Source of the DNA: Pseudomonadota bacterium
GTDB taxonomy: Bacteria > Pseudomonadota > Gammaproteobacteria > JAKAQQ01
Direction of reading: 5' to 3'
NCBI GenBank assembly: GCA_027320085.1
Contig: DAHVLZ010000011.1
Coordinates: 64,155-128,154 of the forward strand
DNA length: 64,000 bases
This document shows positions 30,632 to 41,103 of the stretch, piece by piece. The first letter of the stretch is position 1. Each line of letters opens with the position of its first letter. The position numbers and the translations under genes were made by a program. The notes beneath the pieces were generated by a model, which saw only the letters and a program-made list of their open reading frames with translations, was not told the DNA's origin and ran no database searches.

Positions 30632-31501
30632 GTGGATACGGTCTTCCTGAACGGAGCGTTCCTGCCGGCGGCGGCGGCCCGCATTTCACCCTTCGATCGC
30701 GGTTTTCTCTTTGCCGATGCCGTCTACGAGGTGATTCCGGCCTATCGCTCGAGGCTGTTCCTCTGGCCGCCTCACCATGCCCGCCTGGTGCGCAGCCTGG
30801 ACGCCCTGGGACTCGAGAACCCGTATGGGGAGGAAGACTGGCGGCGGCTGCTCGGCCATCTGATCGAGGTCAACGGGGGGGGTGATCTTTCGGTCTACCT
30901 TGAAGTCACCCGGGGGACCGAGCCGGTGCGCGACCATCGGATTCCCGTGGGCCTCCCCCCCACGGTCTTTGCCCTGACCCAGCCGGCCCTGCCCCCCGAT
31001 CCCATGCTCGAACAGCAGGGCCAGACCGTGGTCCTGCGCCCGGATTTCCGCTGGCAGCGCTGCGACATCAAGTCCACGGCCCTCCTCGCCAATGTTTTAT
31101 TGCGCGAGTCGGCCCGTCAAGCGGACGCTGGAGAGGCGCTGCTCGTGCGCGACGGATTCGTCCTCGAGGGCACTTCGAGCAATGTCCTGGCCCTTCACGG
31201 CAACACGGTTTCAAGCCCGCCGGACGGACCCCTGCTCTTGGCCGGCGTCACGCGGGATCTCATGCTCGAGCTGGCGGATCAAAGCGGCTTCCGGGCCATC
31301 CGCAAAAACCTGACGCCCGATGAGTTGGGGACCGCCGACGAAGTCTGGCTGACCAGTACCCGCCGCATCCTGGCGCCCGTGACCCGGATCGAAGGACGGC
31401 CGGTCGGAGGCGGCAAACCAGGTCCCGGCTACCGACGCCTGCGGGCGGCTTTCCAAGAAAGGCTTCAGCACTTTCTCGACGAGGTCCCGTCCTCCGCCTG
31501 A
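30632..31501 (+). CDS. dat: D-amino acid aminotransferase (class IV PLP)
   Basis: DRGFLFADAVYEVI, RCDIKSTALL, EGTSSN, LAGVTR. Confidence 0.88.
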   Translation: MDTVFLNGAFLPAAAARISPFDRGFLFADAVYEVIPAYRSRLFLWPPHHARLVRSLDALGLENPYGEEDWRRLLGHLIEVNGGGDLSVYLEVTRGTEPVRDHRIPVGLPPTVFALTQPALPPDPMLEQQGQTVVLRPDFRWQRCDIKSTALLANVLLRESARQADAGEALLVRDGFVLEGTSSNVLALHGNTVSSPPDGPLLLAGVTRDLMLELADQSGFRAIRKNLTPDELGTADEVWLTSTRRILAPVTRIEGRPVGGGKPGPGYRRLRAAFQERLQHFLDEVPSSA

Positions 31502-32181
31502 ATCGACGCGGTCTCTGCCGGAAGCGATCGCAGCCGGGATCGGAGGTGAGCTTCGAGATGGCGGCCCACCTCCCGGAGGTCGGCCGGTCCCCCGCAATCG
31601 ACGACCCGGGTCATCTCGAGCCCTCGAAAGCCGCAAGGGTCGATGCCGCGGAACGGTCCCAGGTCGTTCGACACGTTGAGGGCGAGACCGTGATAGCTGG
31701 CTCCGCGACGGATGCGCAGTCCAATCGAGGCGATCTTGCGCGATTCCACGTAGACGCCGGGCGCCTCGATCCGGCCATGGGCCAGGATGCCGAAATCGCC
31801 GAGACAGTCGATGGTCGACTGTTCGAGCAGGCGAACCAGCCGGCGCGGGCCCATGCCCCGGCGTGCGAGCGCGATCAGCGGGTAGACGATGAGCTGACCC
31901 GGTCCATGGTAGGTGACCTGTCCGCCCCGGTCGGTCGAAATCACGGGGATCGAGCCCGGCGCGAGGAGATGCTCGAGTCGCCCGTTCAGGCCCAGGGTAT
32001 AGACCGGGGGGTGCTCGAGGATCCAGATCTCATCCTCACTCTCGGGGCCGCGCCGATCCGTAAAATCCATCATCTCCTGCCAGGTGGTCCGGTAGTCCAC
32101 GAGTCCCAGCCAGCGGCAGACCGGCTCCGCCGGACGAGTGGGTGAGCGCCGATCGCCGACGGGCCCGCCGGCTCGCCTCAC
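31465..32181 (-). CDS. lipB: Octanoyltransferase LipB
   Basis: LEHPPVYTLG, DRGGQVTYHGPGQ, KIASIGLR…SYHGLALN, PCG. GTG start overlaps the kynU stop. Confidence 0.94.
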   Translation of the reverse strand: MRRAGGPVGDRRSPTRPAEPVCRWLGLVDYRTTWQEMMDFTDRRGPESEDEIWILEHPPVYTLGLNGRLEHLLAPGSIPVISTDRGGQVTYHGPGQLIVYPLIALARRGMGPRRLVRLLEQSTIDCLGDFGILAHGRIEAPGVYVESRKIASIGLRIRRGASYHGLALNVSNDLGPFRGIDPCGFRGLEMTRVVDCGGPADLREVGRHLEAHLRSRLRSLPAETASIQAEDGTSSRKC

Positions 32182-33452
32182 CTGGATCCGCCCCCCGCCA
32201 GACGGCACATCGCCTCGTGCCAGCGCACGGCATCCTGGAAGCCATTGTAAAGCGGGGCAAAGGCGATCCGGTGGATGCCGGGCTCCCGCCAGTCGCCGAT
32301 GACTCCCAGTGACTTGAGCGCCCGGATGAAATCCGCCCCCGCAGGCAGGGGCGGGCCCACCCGGAAGGACAGCTGGGCGCCGCGTTCGAGGGGATCTTCC
32401 GGGCTCATGCACTCGAGTCCGGCCACGGGCCGCCGGGCCAGCCGCTCCCCGAGGAAGGCGATCACGGCTTCACGACGGGCAATCAACGCGTCCAGGGTGT
32501 ATTGCGCAAAAAGCGGCAGCGTGGCCCAGAGCGGGGCCGTGGCGAGGACCGGGACATTGCTCACGGCAAACCCGAGGGCCCCGGCTTCCGGCTGGAAGTC
32601 CGGACCCATGAGAAAGCGCGTCTTTTCCTCATGACCCCACCAGCCCGCCAGCATGGGGGGCGGGACGCCTTCCACGGGATTGGCACGCACGTAGAGTCCG
32701 CCCACCGCGCCCGGCCCGCCGTTCAGGTACTTGTAGGAACACCAGACCGCAAAATCAACGCCGTCCCGATCGAGGGCGAGCGGCACGTTGCCGATGGCAT
32801 GCGCCAGATCGACCCCGAACGATGCACCCACCGCATGGGTGGCGCGTGCCAGGGGAGCCAGCGGGAGACTCTGGCCCGTGAGATAGTTCACCCCGCCCAC
32901 CCAGACCAGGGCCAGACGTTCGCCGGACGCCGTGATCGCCGCCGCGAGCGCATCCGGATCCAGCCGGCTGCAGCCGGGTTCCGGGCCGATCTCGATGAGG
33001 TCGGTCACCGGATCGCCCCCGTGCCAGCGGATCTGCGAGACCAGGGCATGACGGTCGGTGGGAAAGACCGGCAAGTCGATCAGGATTTGCCGCCGGGCCC
33101 CTGTGGGACGGTAAAAGCGTGCGAGGAGGAAGTGAAGATTGACCGTGAGGGAGTTGAGAACCGCGATCTCTTCGGGGCGGGCCCCGAGGAGGCCGGCCAG
33201 GAGGGGACGGAGGTCGTGGGCATAACGCAGCCACGAGGGCTGGGCGTCCTCGTAGCCCAGGATGCCCCAACGTTCCCAGGCCCCGATCTCGTGCTCGATA
33301 CACGATCGGACTCCGCGATGGCACAGTCCCAGGGAGTGGCCCGCCAAGTAAGCCAACGGACGGCCTGGGGTATCCCGAGGGCGGATGAATGACCCGGCGA
33401 GTGAGCGCCAGGGCTCCTCCTGGTCCCGCTCCATCGCGTCCGGTAAATCCAC
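32178..33452 (-). CDS. kynU: Kynureninase
   Basis: YLAGHSLGL, NSLTVNLH, FPTD, DLAHAIGN, WCSYKYLNGGPG, GWWGH. Confidence 0.93.
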   Translation of the reverse strand: MDLPDAMERDQEEPWRSLAGSFIRPRDTPGRPLAYLAGHSLGLCHRGVRSCIEHEIGAWERWGILGYEDAQPSWLRYAHDLRPLLAGLLGARPEEIAVLNSLTVNLHFLLARFYRPTGARRQILIDLPVFPTDRHALVSQIRWHGGDPVTDLIEIGPEPGCSRLDPDALAAAITASGERLALVWVGGVNYLTGQSLPLAPLARATHAVGASFGVDLAHAIGNVPLALDRDGVDFAVWCSYKYLNGGPGAVGGLYVRANPVEGVPPPMLAGWWGHEEKTRFLMGPDFQPEAGALGFAVSNVPVLATAPLWATLPLFAQYTLDALIARREAVIAFLGERLARRPVAGLECMSPEDPLERGAQLSFRVGPPLPAGADFIRALKSLGVIGDWREPGIHRIAFAPLYNGFQDAVRWHEAMCRLAGGGSR

Positions 33453-33461
33453 GTTCGGCCC

Positions 33462-34253
33462 CTAGACGGCCACCGGCGCCGTGAGGGCCGGATGGTGACG
33501 GTAATCCTCGAGCCGGAAATCGCCCCAGGCATAGTCGGCCAGGCAATCCCGGCGACGGTCGATCACAAGACGCGGGAGCGGATAGGGTTCCCGGCCGAGC
33601 TGGATCCGGACCACCTCGAGATGACTCCGGTAGAGATGGCAGTCCCCTCCCGTCCAGACGAGTTCACCCAGCCCGAGACCGACCGCCTCCGCCACGAGGT
33701 GGGTGAGGAGCGCGTAGGACGCGAGGTTGAAGGGAACACCGAGAAACAGGTCGGCACTGCGCTGGTAGACCTGACAGGACAGGCGGCCTTCCGCGACATA
33801 GAACTGGAAAAGCAAATGACAGGGCGCAAGCGCCATCCGGGGCAGGTCGGCGACATTCCAGGCGGATACCACGTGGCGCCTGGAATCGGGATCTTTCCGG
33901 AGTCCCTGGAGCACGTTCTCGATCTGGTCGATCGCCCCTCCCGGGCCCGGCCAGCGCCGCCATTGGGCGCCGTAGATGGGACCGAGTTCCCCCTCCTGGT
34001 CCGCCCATTCGTCCCAGATCGTGACGCCGCGTTCCCGAAGCGGACGCACATTGGTCTCCCCGCGCAGGAACCAGAGCAGTTCTTCGGCGACGGACCGGAA
34101 ATGCAGCCGTTTGGTCGTCACGGCCGGGAACCCCCGGGCGAGATCGAATCGGAGCTGACGGCCGAACACGGACAGCGTCCCCACTCCCGTCCGGTCGGTT
34201 TTGGACACGCCCTGCTCAAGGGTCTCCCGGAGCAGCTCGAGATAGGCACGCAT
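33462..34253 (-). CDS. thyA: Thymidylate synthase
   Basis: [34 protein letters not shown]. Confidence 0.97.
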   Translation of the reverse strand: MRAYLELLRETLEQGVSKTDRTGVGTLSVFGRQLRFDLARGFPAVTTKRLHFRSVAEELLWFLRGETNVRPLRERGVTIWDEWADQEGELGPIYGAQWRRWPGPGGAIDQIENVLQGLRKDPDSRRHVVSAWNVADLPRMALAPCHLLFQFYVAEGRLSCQVYQRSADLFLGVPFNLASYALLTHLVAEAVGLGLGELVWTGGDCHLYRSHLEVVRIQLGREPYPLPRLVIDRRRDCLADYAWGDFRLEDYRHHPALTAPVAV

Positions 34254-34262
34254 CCTGTCCCG

Positions 34263-35108
34263 TCAGGCCGAGGGCCGGGACGGGACGGGTTCCCGATAGG
34301 CCAGGTAGAGCATGAGGGCCCCCACGAAGATCATGGGAATCGACAGGACCTGCCCCATGGTCATCCAGCCGAAGGCGAGATAGCCGAGCTGGGGATCGGG
34401 CAGGCGGACGAACTCGGCCAGCGTGCGGAAGAGGCCGTAAAGAAGGGCAAACAGACCGGAGACCGCCATGCGCGGGCGGGGGCGCGAGGAAAACACGAAC
34501 AGCACGACGAACAGCACGACCCCCTCGAGCAGGAGTTCCAGGAGCTGGGAGGGGATGTGGGGCGGGCTCCAGCCGGGACCCACATGGCCGCAATAGGCAT
34601 AGAAACGCGGGTTCGCGCAGGGCAGCTGCATCGCCCACGGCGCCTGGCTCACGCGTCCCCACAGTTCCCCGTTGATGAAGTTCCCGGCCCGTCCGGCCAT
34701 GAGCCCGAGCGGCACGACCGGCGCGATGAAGTCGGTCAGATCGAAGACATTGCGGCCGACTTTCCGCCCGTAGAGGGCAAGTGCCGCGATCACCCCGAGA
34801 AATCCGCCATGGAAGGACATGCCGCCGTCCCAGACCTGGAATACCCGGAGCGGGTCGGCCCAGTAGTAGGGCAGGTTGTAAAGCAGGACGTAGCCGATGC
34901 GTCCCCCCACGATCACGCCGAGGGCGGCGTAGAAGGTGAGGTCGATGAGCTGGTCATCGGTCCACCCGCCGATGCGGCGGTGGATCCGGCGGTGCAGGAG
35001 CCACCAACCGGTCACGATGCCGAACAGGTACATGAGCCCGTACCAGTGGATGGCCAGCGGACCGAGCTGGAGCGCCACGGGATTGAAGGTCGGGTAGTGG
35101 AGCATCAT
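34263..35108 (-). CDS. lgt: Prolipoprotein diacylglyceryl transferase
   Basis: [41 protein letters not shown]. Confidence 0.96.
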   Translation of the reverse strand: MMLHYPTFNPVALQLGPLAIHWYGLMYLFGIVTGWWLLHRRIHRRIGGWTDDQLIDLTFYAALGVIVGGRIGYVLLYNLPYYWADPLRVFQVWDGGMSFHGGFLGVIAALALYGRKVGRNVFDLTDFIAPVVPLGLMAGRAGNFINGELWGRVSQAPWAMQLPCANPRFYAYCGHVGPGWSPPHIPSQLLELLLEGVVLFVVLFVFSSRPRPRMAVSGLFALLYGLFRTLAEFVRLPDPQLGYLAFGWMTMGQVLSIPMIFVGALMLYLAYREPVPSRPSA

Positions 35109-36295
35109 TCCTCCTCGATCACGCCATAGAGAACCTGGAGATAGCCCGTCTCGGGAATCCAGGGATGGATCGGATGATCCGGACTCTGGCCACCCACGGC
35201 CACTATTCTGGCCTCTCTTCCCGCCCGGCGCACGCCTCGGGCGAAAACCACCCGGAAATCGCGTGGCTCGAGATGGCTCGAACAGCTCGCAAAAACCAGC
35301 CAGCCCCCATCGGTCACGAGACGCGCCGCCCGGGTCACCAGGCGCTCGTAGGCCAAAAGTCCCTCGCGCTGGTCCTTGCGGCGCCGGATGAACGCCGGGG
35401 GATCCACGACCACGAGTTCAAAGCGCTCCCCCGCCTCGCCGAGATTCCGCAGGAGCTCGAAGGCATCTCCGGGAAGCGTGAGAGGCACCGGCAGTCCGTT
35501 CGCGGCGGCATTCGCGCGCGCCCGCTCGAGGGCCTCCTCCGATTGGTCGATGAGCACCGCCTCCCGGCTCCCGCCGGCCAGGGCGCTGATCCCGAACCCC
35601 CCGACGTAGCAAAAGACATCGAGGACGCGACCCCGGGGCGCCTCCCGGGCGATCCGGAGACGATGCTCGCGCTGGTCGTAATACCAGCCGGTCTTCTGTC
35701 CCCGCCAGGGGGAAACCGAAAAGACCCGCCCCCCCTCTTCGACCGTGACGGACTCGGGGACCTGGCCCCAGGCCACTTCCACACCTCCCGGGAGTCCTTC
35801 GAGCTTGCGTGCCTCGGAATCGTTGCGGAAGAGGATCCCCTGCGGCGCACAGCAGTCGATCAAGGCATCACGGATCTCGTTCCGCCACCGCTCCATGCCG
35901 GCGGTCGTGATCTGGACGACCAGGCAATCGCCGTAGCGATCCACGACGAGACCCGGCAGACGGTCGGACTCGCCGAAGATGAGCCGTCCGAAGCGCTCGA
36001 TGCCGAATGCCCGGCGGGTCGCCAGAGCGCGTCCGAACCGGTCACGGAAGAAACGGGCATCGATCACCCCGGCCGGATCGCGCGAGAGCAGGCGTACCGT
36101 GATCAGGGAGTGGGGATTCAGGTAACCCACCCCGAGGCGGTGGCCCCGGGCATCCGCCAGGATGACGGGATCGCCCGGCGTGAAGTGGCCAAGCGGACTC
36201 TTGTGGGTGTCGATCTCGTTGCTGAACACCCAGAGGTGACCGGCCAAAAGCCGTCGCTCCTCGTGGGGGAGGAGATGGACGACCGGCGGGTTCAT
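35105..36295 (-). CDS. rlmI: SAM-dependent 23S rRNA m5C methyltransferase (RlmI family)
   Basis: GHLWVFSNE (PUA), [33 protein letters not shown]…ETGYL. Confidence 0.88.
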   Translation of the reverse strand: MNPPVVHLLPHEERRLLAGHLWVFSNEIDTHKSPLGHFTPGDPVILADARGHRLGVGYLNPHSLITVRLLSRDPAGVIDARFFRDRFGRALATRRAFGIERFGRLIFGESDRLPGLVVDRYGDCLVVQITTAGMERWRNEIRDALIDCCAPQGILFRNDSEARKLEGLPGGVEVAWGQVPESVTVEEGGRVFSVSPWRGQKTGWYYDQREHRLRIAREAPRGRVLDVFCYVGGFGISALAGGSREAVLIDQSEEALERARANAAANGLPVPLTLPGDAFELLRNLGEAGERFELVVVDPPAFIRRRKDQREGLLAYERLVTRAARLVTDGGWLVFASCSSHLEPRDFRVVFARGVRRAGREARIVAVGGQSPDHPIHPWIPETGYLQVLYGVIEEE

Positions 36296-37272
36296 CGGGC
36301 GGGGGGTGGGGACGAAGGACGGTGCTCCGGCCCGAAACCGAACGGTGCCGGACCAAACACCTCGGTATAACGTGCCCAGAACTGAGATCCCGTGAAGTGG
36401 TGATTCTGGGTTCCCGGATGGGCGATCTTGAAACTGCCGAGCAGACTCGCGATGCGGCCGGAGATCGCCCAGTCACAGCCCCTGATCCAACCCCAGGCCA
36501 GCCCGGCCCGGTAGGCGTCCCCGCAACCGGTCGGATCGACCTCCGCCTCGGGCGGGACGGGCGGAATGTCCAGGGTGCGGTCACCAGCCGTGATGTGGGA
36601 GCCCTCCCGGCCATGCGTCACCACCACCGCCTGGACCCGCCGGGCCAGCCGGTCCGTGTCGTATCCGAACCGCTCGCGGACGAGGGCGGATTCATAGGCA
36701 TTGAAGGCAACGACCCCCGCGCCCTCGAGCAGGGCCTCGAAATCCCCTGCCTCCAGGATACCGAGCGCCTGCCCGGGATCGAAAAGATAGGGGATGCCCC
36801 GTTCGCAAAATGCCCGCGCATGGGCCCGCATGCCGTCCCGGCTGTCGGGAGCCACGATGCCGAGCCGGATCTGCCCCTCGAGACCGGACGGGAACGGGGC
36901 CTCGGCCGAACGCGTCATGGCACCGGGATGAAACGCGGTAATCTGGTTGTTGTCGCAATCCGTCATGATGTAGGCCTGTGCCGTGAGGGGCTCGACCGGG
37001 TGCAGGCCATCGTCGGGGATGCCCTGTTTTCCGAGCCACGCGCGGTACGGCTCGAAATCCCGTCCGACCGTCCCCCACGGACAGGCCCGCTCGCCCAGAA
37101 GTGCCAGCGAATAGCAGATGTTCCCGGCGCAGCCACCGAAATCGCGGCGCAACTCGCCGACCTCGAACGCCACGCTGAGCGTGGCCAGCCGGTCGGCCAG
37201 CAGATGGTCGGCAAAGCGGCCATCAAACCGCATGACGGTATCGAAGGCAAGCGAGCCCGAAACGAGGATCAT
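36292..37272 (-). CDS. PfkB-family carbohydrate/nucleoside (adenosine-like) kinase
   Basis: SGSLAFDTVM, GGCAGNI, FDPGQ, DPTGCGDAYRAG. Confidence 0.9.
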   Translation of the reverse strand: MILVSGSLAFDTVMRFDGRFADHLLADRLATLSVAFEVGELRRDFGGCAGNICYSLALLGERACPWGTVGRDFEPYRAWLGKQGIPDDGLHPVEPLTAQAYIMTDCDNNQITAFHPGAMTRSAEAPFPSGLEGQIRLGIVAPDSRDGMRAHARAFCERGIPYLFDPGQALGILEAGDFEALLEGAGVVAFNAYESALVRERFGYDTDRLARRVQAVVVTHGREGSHITAGDRTLDIPPVPPEAEVDPTGCGDAYRAGLAWGWIRGCDWAISGRIASLLGSFKIAHPGTQNHHFTGSQFWARYTEVFGPAPFGFGPEHRPSSPPPAR

Positions 37273-38750
37273 GTCCCCGCCGCCGACTCCCGTCCTGGCG
37301 GCTGCCAGGCAAGGTCCGGTTCGCGGGCGGCCTTGACGTCGTCGAGACGCCGGACCGGCGTGGTCCACGGGGCACCCTGGACCCGTTCCGGCGCGGTGGC
37401 CGCCTCTTCCCGGATCCGGGTCATGGCATCGACGAAGGCATCGAGGGTTTCCGGGGATTCCGTCTCGGTGGGCTCGATGAGCAGGCACTCGGGAATGAGC
37501 ATCGGGAAATAGGTCGTGGGGGCATGCATGCCGTAGTCGAGGAGCCGCTTGGCAAAATCCATCGCCGTGACCCCGTATTCGCGGGCCTCCCGGCGCAGGG
37601 TCACGATGCATTCATGGCTGGCCCGGCGGCGCGGGAAGGCCAGTTCGAAGCCGGCGGCTTCGAGCCGGCGCGCCAGGTAGTTGGCGTTGAGCGCAGCGAA
37701 GGTACTCACCCGGCGCAAACCCTCGCGGCCGAGAAGTCGGGTGTAGGCATAGGCCCTGAGCAAAACACCGGCATTGCCCATGAAGGCCGAGAGCCGGCCG
37801 ATGCCCTCCGGCCGCTCCTCCGCGCCGACCCAGCGGAACCCACCCGCCGGATCCCGTCCCACGAAGGGCGTCGGCAGGAAGGGCTCGAGTCGCGCACTCA
37901 CCCCGAGGGCGGCAGCACCGGGTCCTCCCCCGCCGTGCGGGGTGGAGAAGGTCTTGTGGAGGTTGAGGTGCAGGATATCGAATCGCATGTCGCCCGGACG
38001 GGCCCGGCCCAGGATGGCATTGAGATTGGCCCCATCGTAATAAAGCAGCCCGCCTGCGTCATGGACCAGGGTCGCGATTTCGGTGATGCGCCGCTCGAAT
38101 ACCCCGAGGGTTGAGGGATTCGTGAGCATGATGCCCGCCGTGGCCGGTCCCACTGCCTGCCGGAGCGCTCCGAGGTCGACATCCCCGTCGCGATCGGTGG
38201 GAATTTCGCGCACACGGAAGCCGCCCATGATGGCGCTGGCCGGATTGGTGCCGTGAGCCGCATCCGGTACCAGGATTTCGGTCCGGCCCGTATCCCCCCG
38301 CGATTGGTGGTAACGGCGGATCATGGCAATCCCGGCAAACTCCCCCTGGGCACCGGCCATGGGACTCAGGACCACGGCGCTCATGCCGGTCACGGCGCGC
38401 AGGATCTCCTGGAGTTCGAAGACGCATTCGAGAAAGCCCTGCTGGAAGCGGGTCGGAGCCAGGGGATGGGCCGAGCGGAAACCCTCGAGCAAGGCGAGGT
38501 GGTTGGCCGCCCGGGGGTTGTATTTCATGGTGCAGGAGCCGAGCGGGTAGAAGTGGGTATCGATCGAGAAGTTCTTCTGCGACAGGCGCGTGTAGTGTCT
38601 CACCACATCGAGTTCGGAGACCTCGGGGAGCGCCGGCGGTCTTTTCCGGAGGCAGGTCGCAGGCAGGTCATCCGCCGTCTCCTCGACCCGAGGCGCGAGC
38701 CCGCCGGCCCGCCGGCCCGGACGAGAGCGGTCGAAGATGAGCCCGCTCAT
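37269..38750 (-). CDS. gcvPB: Glycine dehydrogenase subunit 2
   Basis: YPLGSCTMKYNP, HGTNPASA, HLNLHKTFSTPHGGGGPG, IEPTETES. Confidence 0.96.
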   Translation of the reverse strand: MSGLIFDRSRPGRRAGGLAPRVEETADDLPATCLRKRPPALPEVSELDVVRHYTRLSQKNFSIDTHFYPLGSCTMKYNPRAANHLALLEGFRSAHPLAPTRFQQGFLECVFELQEILRAVTGMSAVVLSPMAGAQGEFAGIAMIRRYHQSRGDTGRTEILVPDAAHGTNPASAIMGGFRVREIPTDRDGDVDLGALRQAVGPATAGIMLTNPSTLGVFERRITEIATLVHDAGGLLYYDGANLNAILGRARPGDMRFDILHLNLHKTFSTPHGGGGPGAAALGVSARLEPFLPTPFVGRDPAGGFRWVGAEERPEGIGRLSAFMGNAGVLLRAYAYTRLLGREGLRRVSTFAALNANYLARRLEAAGFELAFPRRRASHECIVTLRREAREYGVTAMDFAKRLLDYGMHAPTTYFPMLIPECLLIEPTETESPETLDAFVDAMTRIREEAATAPERVQGAPWTTPVRRLDDVKAAREPDLAWQPPGRESAAGT

Positions 38751-39250
38751 CTGCCGAGCGCCCCGATCGCCTGCGCGTAATCCGGCTCCTGCCCGATCTC
38801 GGGAACGAGCTCCCGGTAGCGCACGCGTCCCTGGGGATCGAGCACGACCACCGCCCGCGCGGCCAGTCCAGCCAGGGGACCATCCACGATGAGCACGCCG
38901 TAATCGCGGGCAAAATCCCGGTCCCGCATCATGGACAGGGGAATCACGTTGGCCAGTCCGGCCTGGCCGCAGAAGCGCTGGTGGGCAAAAGGCAGGTCGG
39001 CCGAAACCATGAGAAAGACCGGATCGGGATGGGATTCGGCATGTTCGTTGAACTTGCGGGTGGACAGCGCACAGACGGGCGTGTCGATGCTGGGAAAGAT
39101 GTTGAGCAGAACCGGCCGGCCGGCATAGTCACCGAGCGTCCGGACGGCGAGGTCGGTCGCGACCAGCCGGAAGTCGGGCGCCTGCGCCTTGAGGGCGGGC
39201 AGTTCACCGTTGGTCCGGATGGGCGAGCCTTTCAGGGTAATCGTGGCCAT
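38747..39250 (-). CDS. tpx: Thiol peroxidase (atypical 2-Cys peroxiredoxin)
   Basis: LNIFPSIDTPVC, SADLPFAHQRFC, EPDY. AGGAGG RBS. Confidence 0.94.
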   Translation of the reverse strand: MATITLKGSPIRTNGELPALKAQAPDFRLVATDLAVRTLGDYAGRPVLLNIFPSIDTPVCALSTRKFNEHAESHPDPVFLMVSADLPFAHQRFCGQAGLANVIPLSMMRDRDFARDYGVLIVDGPLAGLAARAVVVLDPQGRVRYRELVPEIGQEPDYAQAIGALGR

Positions 39251-39261
39251 GGCAGTCCTCC

Positions 39262-40674
39262 TCAGGAAATCACGGGGGCGGCGCGACGGGGTTCGGCCCG
39301 TCCCGCAGCCAGTACACGTTCGAGTGTGTCGCGATAGCGGGCGATCTCCTCCGCGGTGCGCATCTCGGTGGCACAGACAAGCCAGGCGGAGTGCGGCTTC
39401 AGGTCGAACTCGCCGAGATCGTAGCCACCCAAGAGGCCCTGATCCGCCAAGGCCTCGAGCAGTTCCCCGGCGGGTTTCTCGGCGGTGAGCGCGCATTCAT
39501 GGAAGAAGGGGGTCCCCTCGAACCGGGGACGCACGCCCGGGAGTCCGGTCAGGGCCCGGACGAGCTCGCGCGTGCGGGCATGTGCGGCGAGTGCGACCTG
39601 ACGCAGGCCGGCGGGGCCCAAAAGCGACAGGTACAAGGTCGCCGCCGTCACCAGGAGTCCCTGGTTGGTGCAGATATTGGAAGTGGCCCGGGCCCTGCGG
39701 ATATGCTGCTCGCGCGCCTGCAGGGTGAGGGTATAGCCGGGTCGTCCCTCGAGATCGACCGTGCGGCCGACGATCCGCCCGGGCATCTGGCGCACGCAGT
39801 CCATGCGGGTCGTCATGAATCCGAAATAGGGCCCTCCCAGGGAAAGGGGAACCCCCAGGGGCTGGCCTTCACCACAGGCGATATCGGCCCCCCGGCTCCC
39901 CCACCGACCGGGCGGTTCGAGGAGCGCGAGAGCGGTCGGATTGACCAGGCCCACCACCCGCAGTCCCTGCTCCTGGGCTGCATCCGTCCACACTCCGACC
40001 TCTTCGATCAGCCCGAAGAAGTTGGGCTGGGGCAAAACCAGGACACCCGAGCGGAGGCTCGCCAGGCGGGCCTTGAGCCAGCGGGCATCGAGAAGCCCGG
40101 TCTTCCGGTCGAAGGGGACCCGCTCGATCGGGATCGACTGGGGCTCGAGAACCGTCCGGACCACGGCCTGGTAGGCCGGATGCACGGCCTCGGGCAGGAG
40201 GACGTGCGGATGATCCGCCTCCCGGCCAGCCAGACGACAGGCCATGAGACAGGCCTCGGCCAGGGCCGTGGCCCCGTCGTAGAGGGACGCGTTCGAAACC
40301 GCGAGCCCGGTGAGCTCCGCCATCATCGACTGGTATTCGTAGATGAGCTGGAGGGTGCCCTGGCTCGCCTCGGCCTGATAGGGCGTGTAGGCGCTGTAGA
40401 ACTCACCCCGGGTCACGATGTCCCAGATGGCGGCCGGGATAAAGTGCTCATAGGCTCCGGCACCCATGAAGCACAGGAGCGTCTCGTGGCGTTGGGCACG
40501 CTCCCGCATGATCCGGCTGAGCGCAAGCTCCCCCACACCTTCCGGTACCGTCTCGGGCAGGGCCCCGATCCTGAGGGCGGGGGGGATCTCGTCAAACAAG
40601 GCCTCGAGGTCGGGCAACCCCAGGGTTTTGAGCATGGCCTCGGTTTCAGCGGGGGTATGCGGGATGAACGGCAT
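39262..40674 (-). CDS. gcvPA: Glycine dehydrogenase subunit 1
   Basis: MPFIPHT, YTPYQAEASQG, NASLYDGATA, REQHIRRARATSNICTNQ. Confidence 0.96.
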   Translation of the reverse strand: MPFIPHTPAETEAMLKTLGLPDLEALFDEIPPALRIGALPETVPEGVGELALSRIMRERAQRHETLLCFMGAGAYEHFIPAAIWDIVTRGEFYSAYTPYQAEASQGTLQLIYEYQSMMAELTGLAVSNASLYDGATALAEACLMACRLAGREADHPHVLLPEAVHPAYQAVVRTVLEPQSIPIERVPFDRKTGLLDARWLKARLASLRSGVLVLPQPNFFGLIEEVGVWTDAAQEQGLRVVGLVNPTALALLEPPGRWGSRGADIACGEGQPLGVPLSLGGPYFGFMTTRMDCVRQMPGRIVGRTVDLEGRPGYTLTLQAREQHIRRARATSNICTNQGLLVTAATLYLSLLGPAGLRQVALAAHARTRELVRALTGLPGVRPRFEGTPFFHECALTAEKPAGELLEALADQGLLGGYDLGEFDLKPHSAWLVCATEMRTAEEIARYRDTLERVLAAGRAEPRRAAPVIS

Positions 40675-40680
40675 GGAGGC

Positions 40681-41076
40681 TCAGTGTCCTTCCGCAAGCA
40701 GGCGTTCGTAGGCTGCAGCATCCAGGAGTCCGTCCAAGGCGGAGCCGGATTCCGTACGAATGCGGACCAGCCAGCCCTCCCCATAGGGGTCCCGGTTGAT
40801 GATTTCCGGCGTTTGGGCCAAAGTCGGGTTGCCGGCCAGGAGGGTTCCTCCGACTGGCGTGTAGACGTCGGATGCCGCCTTGACCGATTCGATCACGGCA
40901 CAGGTGTCGCCGACTTCAAGCCGCTTGCCCACGGGATAGGTCTCGGCATAGACGAGGTCCCCCAGGGCCTCTTGGGCATGGTGGGTCACCCCGAGTGTGA
41001 TGACGCCGTTGGCTTCGCGGCGGACCCATTCGTGGCTTGCGGTATAGAGGAGATCGTTCGGATTATCGTGACTCAT
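40681..41076 (-). CDS. gcvH: Glycine cleavage H protein
   Basis: SHEWV, IESVKAASD (lipoyl-Lys), NRDPYGEGW. Confidence 0.96.
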   Translation of the reverse strand: MSHDNPNDLLYTASHEWVRREANGVITLGVTHHAQEALGDLVYAETYPVGKRLEVGDTCAVIESVKAASDVYTPVGGTLLAGNPTLAQTPEIINRDPYGEGWLVRIRTESGSALDGLLDAAAYERLLAEGH

Positions 41077-41103
41077 GAGATTCGAAACCTCCCAGGGAAA
41101 AAA

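Noticed and set aside
33492-35129. 545-aa plus-strand ORF
   Set aside because: Antisense shadow of thyA-lgt.
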